Source of the DNA: a virus
Strand: one strand, 5' to 3'
Length of the DNA stretch: 64,000 nt
IMG/VR virus record: IMGVR_UViG_3300025520_000005
Shown piece by piece: positions 9,694 to 20,700 of this stretch (position 1 is its first letter; every line of letters starts with the position of its first letter). The notes beneath the pieces were generated by a model. It did no database searches, had not been told where the DNA came from, and worked only from the letters and a program-made list of their open reading frames with translations. Position numbers and translations under genes: made by a program.

Positions 9694-10296
9694 ATGGAAG
9701 TACCAGACATCCTTAAAGGAGAACCCCACCTTCCGCTGACTCCGTCGATGACATTGTCCGAAGCTCTGCCTTTGGTCAACATGTTCTATCAGACGACCCT
9801 CAGCTCGGTGGACTTCTCCGAATCCCAAGTCTTTGAAGGACCAGACGGTCTTTTGGTCTTGGAAGCCCGCTCGGCAGAGACCGGGGAAGTACTGATCCGT
9901 TTCGTTAATCAGAATATTAATGTACCGCAGGCTGCACGGCGTTTGACCCTGACTAACCCGCTGGCTGCTGATACCAAGTGGTTGGCTCCGTTTGTTGTGG
10001 TCGACGATCCCTCTGAGCTTGCGTTCCTGGACGAGTTAGGTTCAGGCAACACTTACTCCACCCTTAGCGACAACACGCTCGCCTGGAAGCTTGCAACGCT
10101 TCTGAACGAGTATCACGTCGCGGGGCATTGGCGAGCCAGTACCTTCGCTGATTATAGCGCGGCTGGTTTTGAATTGGTCTATAAGGGGCCTAGTGGTGAG
10201 GAAACTGATGAATACCTGATCGGGGATTCTGACATGGTCGCTGTTCTCAGATTCCACCACGGTGTTAATAAAGGAATGCTTTGTTTGAAATCCTAA
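9694..10296 (+). CDS. Probable virion structural protein
   Basis: 200 aa, operon context only. Confidence 0.5.
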   Translation: MEVPDILKGEPHLPLTPSMTLSEALPLVNMFYQTTLSSVDFSESQVFEGPDGLLVLEARSAETGEVLIRFVNQNINVPQAARRLTLTNPLAADTKWLAPFVVVDDPSELAFLDELGSGNTYSTLSDNTLAWKLATLLNEYHVAGHWRASTFADYSAAGFELVYKGPSGEETDEYLIGDSDMVAVLRFHHGVNKGMLCLKS

Positions 10297-10889
10297 AATC
10301 CCCCGATTGTGCACGGGTCATCTCGATGGACCAATCGACTTCGTGCATGGGGGTGAGTGTCTTTGATGTCAACCTCGTGAAGCCGGCGCCGATAAAGCTC
10401 CAGTACATGAACACCATTTTTGGTGACAAGTTGCTCTACGACATTCCCGTGCAGTTCGATGATTTGGGTAGTACCAAGGTGCTTGCTCGCAGTTGGGCAA
10501 TGGCTCGTTCTCTCAACATGCTTATTCAGGTGTTTGAACCAGACATGGGGATTGGTGAGGATAACTTCCTTGGGATGTCCCCTGGTACCTTTAAGCAGTT
10601 GATTCAATTGACGGCAATACTGCGGGAACCGTTTGTGGCTAACGATGTTCATTTCTCCTTGGTTCTTCCTCGACTGGCAAAGTCTATTGTAGGCGCTGAC
10701 TTTAAAGGGAGTACTAAGGACGATGTACGGATTGGGCTCATGAACTACCCGTACTTAGATAGTAACGGGATTGATCTCTCCATCGTGGACGAACACAGTT
10801 CCGACAGTGGGGCTATTGGACTTTGGCGATGCGAGAAGTTGGCCCGAGATCACGGAGTATTTATCGGTGACCAACAATTCGCAAAATAG
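10281..10889 (+). CDS. RuvC-like Holliday junction resolvase
   Basis: Acidic catalytic pattern SMDQSTSCMG / GED / DEHSSDSGAIG. Confidence 0.75.
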   Translation: MFEILKSPDCARVISMDQSTSCMGVSVFDVNLVKPAPIKLQYMNTIFGDKLLYDIPVQFDDLGSTKVLARSWAMARSLNMLIQVFEPDMGIGEDNFLGMSPGTFKQLIQLTAILREPFVANDVHFSLVLPRLAKSIVGADFKGSTKDDVRIGLMNYPYLDSNGIDLSIVDEHSSDSGAIGLWRCEKLARDHGVFIGDQQFAK

Positions 10890-11265
10890 TGACGATACGT
10901 CGAGTGACGATGACAGTTCTGGAACACCTGTTCACCCCCCGGTTGGTATGGAACGCGAGATCCTGGGTAAGTGGACAGTCTTCCTGCGTAACTTCGGGGG
11001 GATCATTGCAGTACTGGTGGTGAGCTTTATGGGGGTGTTCAACTCCTACACCATCCACGTATCGGTCAGTGAGCACAACATTTGGCCAAGCGAGATGTCG
11101 ATGTTTATTATGGTTGTAGGTCCCGTCTTGTGTTCGTGGCAGTTCATGAACGTAAGTAAGACCCTGACCACGATCTTCCAGGGAGCAGGTGATCTCACCA
11201 AGTTTCGCGAACGCGTAGCTGGGTTCATTGCTCCTAGTAGCAAGGACGATTCGAAGCAGGATTAA
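10867..11265 (+). CDS. Two-TM membrane protein, holin candidate
   Basis: GTG at 10867 with GGAG upstream; hydrophobic segments GGIIAVLVVSFMGVF and MFIMVVGPVLCSW; adjacent to spanins. Confidence 0.45.
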   Translation: MTNNSQNSDDTSSDDDSSGTPVHPPVGMEREILGKWTVFLRNFGGIIAVLVVSFMGVFNSYTIHVSVSEHNIWPSEMSMFIMVVGPVLCSWQFMNVSKTLTTIFQGAGDLTKFRERVAGFIAPSSKDDSKQD

Positions 11266-11276
11266 AGACAGCATCC

Positions 11277-11307
11277 ACCCTACCCAGCCTTGTGGGCTGG
11301 GTAGGGT
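11277..11307. terminator. Hairpin between convergent genes
   Basis: ACCCTACCCAGCC-TTGTG-GGCTGGGTAGGGT, 13-bp stem. Confidence 0.75.
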
Positions 11308-11324
11308 AGTTGTTTGCATGTCTA

Positions 11325-11801
11325 TCACTTGCCAGTGTTACTGGGTAAAGCCTCGACTAAGTCGGTAATCGTCTGCACCAACTGCGTCACCGTCCGTTGC
11401 CCGACGTAGAGTTCAGTGTTGGTCTCATCCAATTTCCGAGTGGCGTTAATTAACAACACACGAGTAACCCGGTAGCAGCCTTCCTTTGATTTGGGGCTCA
11501 ACTGCGGGTCCGTGCAGTCATTCGCCTCCAAGAAAGCATAGAGCTTACTTAGGAGGAGGGGTGGTGGCTCCTTCGCCGTTGTCAAGAGCTCCGGTGGCAC
11601 TTCGGTCAACTTTGATCGTAACCCGGTCATTTGTGACTTGTACAGATTTAGCTGGACCTGTTCCGCCTTTACTTCCAGGTATGTCGACCCCTCCGAGACC
11701 TTTGGATTGCTCGAACATGCTGTTAACGACAGCATTAAAAGGATCATTAGCATCGAGACCGTACCGCCCCAGAAGCTGCTGATTAAGCGAATTGATTTCA
11801 T
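11325..11801 (-). CDS. Outer-membrane lipoprotein, o-spanin candidate
   Basis: Signal peptide with lipobox LSLTA-C, Pro-rich patch, overlaps i-spanin candidate. Confidence 0.7.
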   Translation of the reverse strand: MKSIRLISSFWGGTVSMLMILLMLSLTACSSNPKVSEGSTYLEVKAEQVQLNLYKSQMTGLRSKLTEVPPELLTTAKEPPPLLLSKLYAFLEANDCTDPQLSPKSKEGCYRVTRVLLINATRKLDETNTELYVGQRTVTQLVQTITDLVEALPSNTGK

Positions 11802-12063
11802 TACGACTCCCTTGCGCTTGCGCTAAAAGAACTTGATGAAGTTCGGCTGTAGACTTGGCGATCTTCTCCCAGTTCGCCGCAGATTGCTTCATGCTATCAG
11901 CCACTTGACTGATGCCTTCCATGCTTTCTTTCGACAGACTGGTTTGACGCGGCCAGACAGTGTTAAGAAGCATCAATCCCAATAAGGCCAACAACAGCCC
12001 GATGATGATTGTCCCTTTAATACTTTCCTTCATGCCAGTTTCCTCTTCATCGCTAATAGCCAT
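11545..12063 (-). CDS. Inner-membrane i-spanin candidate
   Basis: Single N-terminal TM then predicted coiled coil; overlaps the lipoprotein gene in another frame. Confidence 0.65.
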   Translation of the reverse strand: MAISDEEETGMKESIKGTIIIGLLLALLGLMLLNTVWPRQTSLSKESMEGISQVADSMKQSAANWEKIAKSTAELHQVLLAQAQGSRNEINSLNQQLLGRYGLDANDPFNAVVNSMFEQSKGLGGVDIPGSKGGTGPAKSVQVTNDRVTIKVDRSATGALDNGEGATTPPPK

Positions 12064-12066
12064 GAG

Positions 12067-13314
12067 TTAGTTCTCTTGTATCACACTTCGAATCGAGAGT
12101 AAGTAAGCAGTGTTGAGCTTACTCGGTTTAAACCGGTTCGTATAACCGTGATGAAGATCACCACCGTTACCAGTGCCCGTTGTCCAGTTGAGGTAGAGCC
12201 GTTGATTACCTAAGTCAGTGTTGAGTATCCTTCGGTTAATGATGCGGTAAGTGAAGTACTTGGGAAGCATCCCATCCGCGGTTAGCAAAGGCAGTGCTTT
12301 GGTTTCCCGGGTTTCGTACGTGAAGGGTGACTTGTACGCTTGGACCGGATCCAGAGAAACGTACAGGTGCGGGTTGTCAGCTACGATTAAGAAAGTCGAC
12401 GGATGAGAGAGCAGAGCTTTCCAGAACTTCTCGGTACTGAAGAAGTCTTTACCTACTACTTCACGATCCTTATCGATAACGCCTTCCAAATCGATGAAAC
12501 GTTTCGAATCGAAGATACGAGTAAACCAATCCACTCGTTCAGTCCGAATAGCCAACATCTTTTCAGACACCATGTTAATGACGTCGTTCAAGTACAGGCG
12601 ACCACCGATGCTCATCCACACGGTCTTGTTCAGAAGAGAGACCGGAGTCTTCAAGTGAACGAAGATGTGAGTGTCAGCATTCTCAAAGATAACGTCTTCT
12701 GGTTTGAAGCCGTAGGTCTTGAGCTTGGTCATGGTGTTCAGGTTGATGCAACACGCATGACAGTTATCGTTAATACGGAAGTTCTTACCCGCATTCAGCA
12801 AGTACAGTCCCGTCTTATCCGCAACAGCCCGCGTTAAGTGTCCGTTAAACGTCCACAGGCAGCGCTCAGCCAACGCAGTGTAGTCAACCGCAGAGTTATC
12901 AGTCTTGTAGACCCGAATGTCCTTAGCGCTTGCTATATCCAAATGTTCTTGCCTGTCCATCGCCATCCCAGCATCACCCGGATACAGGGTGAACCACTTG
13001 TACTGGATATCGTGCAACGTGGCCCAGCGGTATTCTGTTCCTGGGAGAGTGTTACTGGTTTTCAAGACTACTGTAGCCTTGGTGTCCAGCCACTGTTGAA
13101 TAGTCCCAGTAAACGAAATCAGTTCGTTAACGTAGTCCAACATATCAATGGAAACGTCACGGTTATACAGTGAATCTGTAACAACAATAATCAGCTCGCT
13201 GAACGTAATCGGCAGCGCTTTGGTCTGAAGGGCCGAAATGTCAACGATCTCTTGCCCTTCTGGGACCAGCTGGTTGATCCCAACAGCCCGTTTATACGTG
13301 TACATAAAGGACAA
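12067..13314 (-). CDS. Virion structural protein
   Basis: 415 aa; position in phiKZ-like tail module. Confidence 0.5.
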   Translation of the reverse strand: MSFMYTYKRAVGINQLVPEGQEIVDISALQTKALPITFSELIIVVTDSLYNRDVSIDMLDYVNELISFTGTIQQWLDTKATVVLKTSNTLPGTEYRWATLHDIQYKWFTLYPGDAGMAMDRQEHLDIASAKDIRVYKTDNSAVDYTALAERCLWTFNGHLTRAVADKTGLYLLNAGKNFRINDNCHACCINLNTMTKLKTYGFKPEDVIFENADTHIFVHLKTPVSLLNKTVWMSIGGRLYLNDVINMVSEKMLAIRTERVDWFTRIFDSKRFIDLEGVIDKDREVVGKDFFSTEKFWKALLSHPSTFLIVADNPHLYVSLDPVQAYKSPFTYETRETKALPLLTADGMLPKYFTYRIINRRILNTDLGNQRLYLNWTTGTGNGGDLHHGYTNRFKPSKLNTAYLLSIRSVIQEN

Positions 13315-13401
13315 ACTCCTGGACGATTCTATGAAATCCTGACCCCCTATAGCTCACTATAGGAACCTTTTATATGGGGTATTAGTCATAAAATACCTTT
13401 A

Positions 13402-14175
13402 ATGCCTTTCTTTGGAGATAGTCTCATGGCCTTGGTTACTTACCCTTGGAACCCCTTCCAGGAACGTGTTGACTGCATCATCACCCCGCCAGAAGTGATT
13501 AAACCTTCGGCGCAGGATGTTCGTCGTGAATTCGTTCCTCGTTATGCACCGTTCTTCGCTAAAGATTTCAAGCTGTATAAGCAAGGCAGTAACACTCCAC
13601 TGGTTCTTGGTGTTGACTACGCCTTTGCTCACCCGTTCGGTCAGTTCGTTAAGAAGTACAACCGTAACGTCTACGGTTCTGTTGTCATGCTTAAGCAGAT
13701 CGACGCTGTTCTGACGGCCACTTACTCGACCATCGGCGCACCGTTCGTTCTCAATGAGGCTGCGTACGCCACACTGGTAGCCAACATTGTTAACAGTCCA
13801 CGTCAAGCGTACTGGAGTGACTTGACCGGAGTCCCGCCTGCGTTCCCGTCGGATCCACATGATCACCCCGCTACATTGTCGTACGACTACCTGGACATGA
13901 TGTCTCACCTCGAGAACTTGATCCTGGTAATGTCGGGTACTGATACAGGCGCAGGCGAACTGACCCTTAAGCAGTTGGTGGAAGAGCACATCGCTAAAGG
14001 CCTTCCTGAGGCCCACAAAGCGACACCTGACTCTATTGGTCTGGACTTGGTGGCTAACGCCCCTAAAGCAACACTGGAAGACCTCCTGGGTAACAGCGAT
14101 AACTCCATGGTGAGTGTTAAGGTCCTCAAGGAAGCCTTCCGTCTGTACGCCCAAGATAAACTCGATTTGAACTGA
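13402..14175 (+). CDS. Virion protein homologous to N-terminal domain of tail-fibre-like paralogues
   Basis: PPAFPSDPHDHP matches PLVFPPTLHPH and PPTLPASKHSH in the next two genes. Confidence 0.6.
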   Translation: MPFFGDSLMALVTYPWNPFQERVDCIITPPEVIKPSAQDVRREFVPRYAPFFAKDFKLYKQGSNTPLVLGVDYAFAHPFGQFVKKYNRNVYGSVVMLKQIDAVLTATYSTIGAPFVLNEAAYATLVANIVNSPRQAYWSDLTGVPPAFPSDPHDHPATLSYDYLDMMSHLENLILVMSGTDTGAGELTLKQLVEEHIAKGLPEAHKATPDSIGLDLVANAPKATLEDLLGNSDNSMVSVKVLKEAFRLYAQDKLDLN

Positions 14176-14179
14176 GGTA

Positions 14180-17100
14180 TTGGCAATGCAGACTCCAATC
14201 GTCAGAGAGTTTCGTGACGACATTCTGAATAAGAATATCGAGAACCAAGTCCGAGGGGAACCATTCACTACGGAAACCCCTGGACTGTACACCCGGATTA
14301 TTGTTCCGGTGCATTCGCCATTCTTCATCAAGAGCTTGAAACTGTATTTCAAGAATGGCGAGCCAATGACTGAAGAGCATTGGGAAATCTTCAAGATCAT
14401 GCCTGGACTGACAGCTCTTGCGGCTCAGGGTGTTGCGTGTATGATCCGTTTGAAAGACCCTGCTATTGTAGAAGGTCTTTTGGATTATGATGTAGTGGGT
14501 GAGTTTACGTTGTTCGATACCGCCATGATGAACCTGGTGACGTCGACAACTGAAGATGACCGGATGATTGACTTCTTCAACCTGAAGGATCGTCCGCTTG
14601 TTTTCCCGCCTACACTTCACCCCCATTCGTTGCTGTACGACATCATGGCGTTTCAGGATACGATCCACTTGCTGGATTCGCTCAGTGAGTATTCCCGTTT
14701 TCTAGGAACTCCGTTGATCGAGACCAAGATCTCGCAATACTTCTCGAACTTTAACCATTACCTGGCGCTGTACAAAACCCAGTTGATGAAGTTCCTGGCT
14801 GATCACAAGAATACCTACAACGAACACGGGATCAAGGCGATCCAAGTGGGTCTGGAAAAGGTTGATAACTTTGAGACAGCAGTAGAACCTATTGATCTGT
14901 TGAGTGGTCGTAAAGACATGCACCTGACAGTTCAAGGGTTGGCTACTATTGTTAACCAGACAGGGTTCGACTCGGGAGAGTATCTGGCTAAGGGTACACT
15001 TCCAATCAGTCAGTTCGGTAACGCCAACTTCATTCCTCCGTCTATTGACGGTTCGTTCGAAGGGTTTGGTGGGATAACCGAGACCGCAGCAATGTGTCTC
15101 GAAGATGATGGTTCGATCACCTTCCTGTGGAACCGCATGGATGGTCGGGTTACTGGTTTGTATTACAGTGTCATGACTAACGCTGAGGATTACACCAAAA
15201 CCCTCCTGAGGTACACCGGCTTTAAATACGAACACCCGCGGTTTAACGTGGACAATGCCAGTGTTGACCGGATTGCTCAGGGAAGTGGGGACGAGGTGAT
15301 CTTGGTGGGGGACAGTACTAAAAACCTGTACTACCTCGGCGTGACCAACGGTTCTTTGGACCCGGCGAAACACGTTTACTCTAAGGTAGACCTACAGCCC
15401 ATTGTCGCGGCGATCTTTTCGATTGACGTAACCCCTAAATACCTGTTCCCGTTTCTTAGCATCGCTTTGATGGGTGAGTGGATCTACTTGATTCAGTCGT
15501 CAACAGCAGGCACTCCGGTTCCTGCGGGTATCGGGAACCCAATGAACCACAAGCACTTCTTCCGGGTGCGGTTAGCGGATGTGCAAGCAACAATCGACGT
15601 CACTCCGGTGAAACAGAACGTTAGCTTTATCAACGCTGACGGGCAGCAGTTCACCAACTCCCCGTTTTACCGTTGGTATGAGCAAGTCCTAACTGCTGAT
15701 AAGACACAAACGCTCAAATGTCTGCTGACTTTCAACCAACCCACGAACGGGGTAATCGGTAACTACCGTAGCCTTCCTGTATGGGTGGCGGAAGATCCTA
15801 GCCGCAAAGGCATCTTTGCGATGAAGTTCCTGTCAGCGTATTACGCTTCTCAGGCGCAGAACGGGATCAACCAGCAACTCAACCTTGTTCCCGAAATCAA
15901 CTATGACTTCGATCCTAACACTGGGGTCATGACACTGAAGTCTAAGACTGCTATTCCCCCGATGGTCAACTGGGGTCGTCCTGATTTCTATGATCCAGCC
16001 TACGTGCAAAACATTAGCCCGTTCTACGGACTGGTGTTTACCTACGCGGGTCAGGGGAGTAACGTGCTGGCGGATGGTCGTATTGTTGCTTCAGGGGCAC
16101 GGGGATTCAGTGGGTTCCCTCGGTTGGGGATACAACTCCAGGTTGTTAACGCGAAAAGTAAGTACGCCACCGTCTCCAAGTTCTTTGGGCGCGGTTTCGA
16201 AGAACTGACCATGTACGGTCTGTGGGACGAAGTCATCAGCAGTCCTTTGGAATCATCCATCAACGTACGGGCTATGCAATACCGTCCAGGTGGTGAGTTC
16301 TACATTGCTGCGGGTAAGAATGTTCTTTCGGACTTATATCTGTACTGGAAAGATATCTCGGGTAAATTTGCCTATCGCCCTGAGGTGACCAACCTGTACG
16401 TCCCCAATATCGTTTCTCGGCCTTTGACTCAAGCGATTCGCCGAGTTGATTGTTTGCCAGGCATCGGTGGCGTGACGGTGAGTGTTCCTTCTTCTCAGTT
16501 GGATGCTTACGGGATAGAGGTAGGTGAGTCCATGTTCTGCATGAGCGCTCAGAAGAAAGACTACCGCTATACTGACAAGGGAACCGGTTGGACATCGCCT
16601 GTTGGGGATAACGACATCTTGTTGATCAGTGACTTCAACCGCAGGGTAGAGCAGAACGGACAAGTGACTATTGTCCCGACTAAAGAAATACTTTACTCAG
16701 CGGCTATTGTTGAACAACTGAAGAACCAGGTCGAATTCCCTGCTATCAAGAACCAGGCTCGGTCTTGCATTGTAACAGTGAGCGACCCGACCTTCTCGTC
16801 CTTGGCTCGTTTTGGTTGGTTACCGGTTACTGTGGTTATCACGTACGTCAACGCGGAAGGCACTCTCGACCGTGACGACATGTACTCTACGTGCATGACG
16901 ATCAGTCCGACTTACACGGATGATGCCAATGGCCGTAAGTTGGTAACCGGGTTTACGTTGCTGGATAAGTATCACTTCACCGTAAAGGGGGGTGCTATTG
17001 ACCAGATCCGTATCTTCAATGGAATGGGGGCCTCACCTGAAAGCCCGCAGAGTACACTGGGGCCGATGCGGACGTATTACTACCTCAATGGTAATTCGCT

Positions 17101-17752
17101 GAAAGTCCACGTCAACTCGGGGGTAATCGGTAACTCCACAGGTGACTCCTACACCACCAACCACAACTTCACCTATAACGACCGCAGCACCCAACGCTGG
17201 TCAAGTAGCGCGCCGCAGAACAACTCCAGTTCGGGGGGTGGTGTTTTCATTACTCCAGATAACGGCATCGCGACGATGTATGACTGGACCGCGACGACGG
17301 GTGGCGCTGGTACCATTGTTAATGGTGCTGTTAACAAGCCATTGGTTGGTTCGGTCTATCCAGAGGTTGGTTGGGCTATCTTCTTCAAATCAGATATCCG
17401 GGTTGCCTTCAATGGCAAAGAATACACCCTCCCGGCCGGGATCATTGATTTGAGGGATATTGATCCTTCTCCAGGAAACAAGGTGTTCTACATCTATGCC
17501 CTGTTGAAGAACGACATCCCGATTTATGAAGTGACCCAAGAGAAGCGGTTGGAGAACCCCTTCACTGTTTGGGTAGGGAAGATCACGACTAACACCAGTC
17601 AGATCATCACCATTGAACGGTTTAACGTCTTTACCATTAACGGTAGCCGCATTTCTGAAATTAAGCGAGGGAACAGCATCCCTGCAACTTCTGGATTGGT
17701 CAACGCAGAAGGGCAGATCCCTTGGTTACGCTCTGATGAAATGCTGCAATAA
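14180..17752 (+). CDS. Large tail fibre/baseplate protein (phiKZ gp145/146-like)
   Basis: 1190 aa; paralogue of 17761..21525 (GSFEG and IDLRDID blocks shared). Confidence 0.65.
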   Translation: MAMQTPIVREFRDDILNKNIENQVRGEPFTTETPGLYTRIIVPVHSPFFIKSLKLYFKNGEPMTEEHWEIFKIMPGLTALAAQGVACMIRLKDPAIVEGLLDYDVVGEFTLFDTAMMNLVTSTTEDDRMIDFFNLKDRPLVFPPTLHPHSLLYDIMAFQDTIHLLDSLSEYSRFLGTPLIETKISQYFSNFNHYLALYKTQLMKFLADHKNTYNEHGIKAIQVGLEKVDNFETAVEPIDLLSGRKDMHLTVQGLATIVNQTGFDSGEYLAKGTLPISQFGNANFIPPSIDGSFEGFGGITETAAMCLEDDGSITFLWNRMDGRVTGLYYSVMTNAEDYTKTLLRYTGFKYEHPRFNVDNASVDRIAQGSGDEVILVGDSTKNLYYLGVTNGSLDPAKHVYSKVDLQPIVAAIFSIDVTPKYLFPFLSIALMGEWIYLIQSSTAGTPVPAGIGNPMNHKHFFRVRLADVQATIDVTPVKQNVSFINADGQQFTNSPFYRWYEQVLTADKTQTLKCLLTFNQPTNGVIGNYRSLPVWVAEDPSRKGIFAMKFLSAYYASQAQNGINQQLNLVPEINYDFDPNTGVMTLKSKTAIPPMVNWGRPDFYDPAYVQNISPFYGLVFTYAGQGSNVLADGRIVASGARGFSGFPRLGIQLQVVNAKSKYATVSKFFGRGFEELTMYGLWDEVISSPLESSINVRAMQYRPGGEFYIAAGKNVLSDLYLYWKDISGKFAYRPEVTNLYVPNIVSRPLTQAIRRVDCLPGIGGVTVSVPSSQLDAYGIEVGESMFCMSAQKKDYRYTDKGTGWTSPVGDNDILLISDFNRRVEQNGQVTIVPTKEILYSAAIVEQLKNQVEFPAIKNQARSCIVTVSDPTFSSLARFGWLPVTVVITYVNAEGTLDRDDMYSTCMTISPTYTDDANGRKLVTGFTLLDKYHFTVKGGAIDQIRIFNGMGASPESPQSTLGPMRTYYYLNGNSLKVHVNSGVIGNSTGDSYTTNHNFTYNDRSTQRWSSSAPQNNSSSGGGVFITPDNGIATMYDWTATTGGAGTIVNGAVNKPLVGSVYPEVGWAIFFKSDIRVAFNGKEYTLPAGIIDLRDIDPSPGNKVFYIYALLKNDIPIYEVTQEKRLENPFTVWVGKITTNTSQIITIERFNVFTINGSRISEIKRGNSIPATSGLVNAEGQIPWLRSDEMLQ

Positions 17753-17760
17753 GTAACCGA

Positions 17761-20700
17761 ATGCGCGCGGGACTGACCATCCCGCTCGTTTCTAAGGCTG
17801 AGATTATGGACAAGCTTCAAGCAGTGCAGTTTGATGTACGTGGGACTCGAGCAGAGAACCGGGTACTCCGTGAAAAGATTCCCCTTAAGTACAAAGATTG
17901 TCCGTGGGTTGTTCCTAATGGGTCGCCATACTTCGCCGAGGGTGAGCTGGTAGACTTGTTCAACGAAGCCGGTGGTCGTTTGAACCTCGGCACAGATTAT
18001 TGGTTTGAAGGGGAGTTTGAACCCTTCTGTGAAGCAACCGGTCGGAGCATTTGTTCGTTCGTTAAGTTGTCGGACAAAGTACTGGCTGAAAATGAATTCG
18101 TTTCGATGACCTACCAGAGCATCGGTGCCTGGTTCGTTCCTCGTAACAGCATTGATGAATGGGTACGCGAGATCTACATCGGCAAGATCCCTATCCCATG
18201 GTCCAAAGTTTATAACGTCCCGCCAACACTTCCTGCCAGCAAGCACTCCCACTCCATCAAAACGGAGATTGGTGACTGGTACGAGTTGACTTTCTTCTTC
18301 ATGTATCTCGCGAACTATTACAGTACTCGGGATCCTGCTGTCTACACCGAAGCTGATCGTGTCATTAACGAAAGCTTCGCAAAGTTGAAGGAAGTTAAAG
18401 CTGCTCAGTTGGCTCGGATTAACAACCACGATAAAGATTATGGTGACCCTCACCAGATCACCAAGTTCCATTTGCAGTTGGGTAACCACGACAACTTCGA
18501 TACGGCCACTCCTGCACAGGATTTGGCAGGTGCCGCGGCTAACCTGCTGAGTACACCCGAAGGGGTAATGCAGCTCGCTGATAAGTACACCGTAGAGAAC
18601 GACGGGATTATGCGTAACGGTGTACTCCCTGTCAGCTACTTCGGTAACGGAGGGTACATCCCACCGACCATTCTCGGTTCTTTTGAAGGTCTGGGTAGTC
18701 TGTCGGAATGTATGGGGATGTGTGTTGAGGCCAGTGGTCGACTGGTTACGATCCAGAACCACTTTGATGGCCGTACTGAGGGGTTGTACTTTTCGATCCT
18801 GAGCGACTACAAGAACCCACTGGATCCGAAGAACCCGTACCGGTTTGATTACACAGCCTACCGTTACGAACCACCAGTTCTGACCAACAGTGGCATTAAA
18901 GCGAACCACATCGTTGCGGGTAGTGGTAATGACATCATCATGGTGGGTAAGACGGACCCACTTAATTTCGCAGGTGATCGTTGGTTCATCGCGCTGACTA
19001 ACGATAGCTTCGACCCTAGTGGTCACCGTTATATCGAAGTCAACATGAAGCCTATCTTTGCCACCTTTGGGAATCCGGATTCCTTAGGTACTTGGGGAGG
19101 CTACTTGTACCACGGGCGCATGATGATTTACCTGCTCGATCAGTACGCCTACTTGGCCGTTGATGGTCTTCTCATGCCTTATGGTCAAGCAGGTCGTATG
19201 AGTTACTGGCGCATTCCTCGTCAGGCGATGATCGATGGTACTCCTGCAACGTGGGAATTGGTCAAGCTCACCTACCAGGATTGGGATGGAGTACAGTACA
19301 ACAATGTTAACTATTGGGAGTTTGCTCAAAAGACGGTGAATAATGGCGTTCTCTCTAAATGGGGGCGTTATAACTTCACCACTATCCGACCCGCCCCTTA
19401 CCTTGGTCAGTTTTCTCGACGGCTCTTTACGTTATTTGCGAAGAAGCCAGGAGTGGCCAACACGTTCTACATGAACTTCATTGCTTATACTTTCTTGGAT
19501 TATCAGCCTGAAGGAAAGGGGGTGAACAACTCGGCTACCATTACCAACATGGTGTACGAGTTCAATATCGTCACCGGGGTGATGACACTGGTCTACAAAC
19601 AACCCCCGCTCAACATTGATTACCTGAATGATAACCAAACCGAAGTGTTTACGGATCGTGAGAAATGGATACAGTGGTACAACGCACTCGTTCGATATAC
19701 TGTGGCGGCTGTTATCATCACCCCCAACGGCGAACGGCTGGCCTCAATCACTGGGTCCCAACAGGAGCAGACTGTTCTAAACTCGGTTATTGAGTATACC
19801 CAGTTCCAGTATGTTGGAGGCGGTGGGTTGGTAACCAGTCGTGCTGACTTGTTGAAGGGAAGCGTGGGAACAGATCGCGTTCGTCAGTCTTCTGTTTGGG
19901 AACGTGGTCGTAATCTACTGACTCCAATTGTCACAGGTATCGGTAACCGACAATTGGCGTACGAAGCAGGGGGTGAGAACTTTATGACTTATCCCACTAC
20001 CTTTGATCCAGTTAAGGGCGGTCCACTGCCGAAAGTGGTGGCTCGAAATGTCTCCGGTGATTATGCGGTTCGTCCAGAGGTCCTCAACCGATTTAAGGCT
20101 CCCTTGTATAGCCGCCCTCTGACTAACGCTGTTTTTGATACCAACATGGACCACTCTACCGGGGCTATCTCGATCACTGGGACTGCCGCTGAGTTGGCTT
20201 CGCGTGGCATCGAGCAGGGTAACATGGGGTTGAGCTATTGCGGGTGGTCAGCGAGACATGATGGTTATCCGTCCATGCTCGAGATGCCTGTTAAAGGTCA
20301 AGTTCCGTTTCGGGCTCCTAACGAGACAGGGGCTTTCATTAGTTTCCCTAAGACCTATCGTCGGGAATTAGACGTAGGAGCACAGAAAGTAAACTACATT
20401 CCTAATGATTATTACGGGGTGTCGGTAGCCGCTCGAAACAAAATTCGTTCTTTGATATCAGTGGGTCAACAGGGTCCTTGGTGGGCTTTTGAACTGGCGA
20501 TGCTGAACGCAGAACAGGGTGGTATGTTCGGCGGGTTGAATTGCGCATTGCTTAAACTCAAATACCCTACTGTCGCGGACGGGAGTGCCCCAACTTGGGA
20601 TGGACAGGTCTTTTTGGTTGTCCCAGTGGTTGAACCCCCTAACGCTAACCATCCTGGTCTGTATTTGATTACTGACTTTCAGGTACTGGGGCAGTCAGTT

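Noticed and set aside
13346-13363. CCTATAG-CTCA-CTATAGG inverted repeat in a divergent intergenic region
   Set aside because: Only a 7-bp stem and a single occurrence; not enough to call a regulatory site
13399-14400. 333-aa minus-strand ORF
   Set aside because: Antisense to structural genes that have paralogue support
17599-19026. 475-aa minus-strand ORF
   Set aside because: Antisense shadow of the tail-fibre gene; no RBS or motif; V/R/D-rich composition typical of reverse-complemented biased codons
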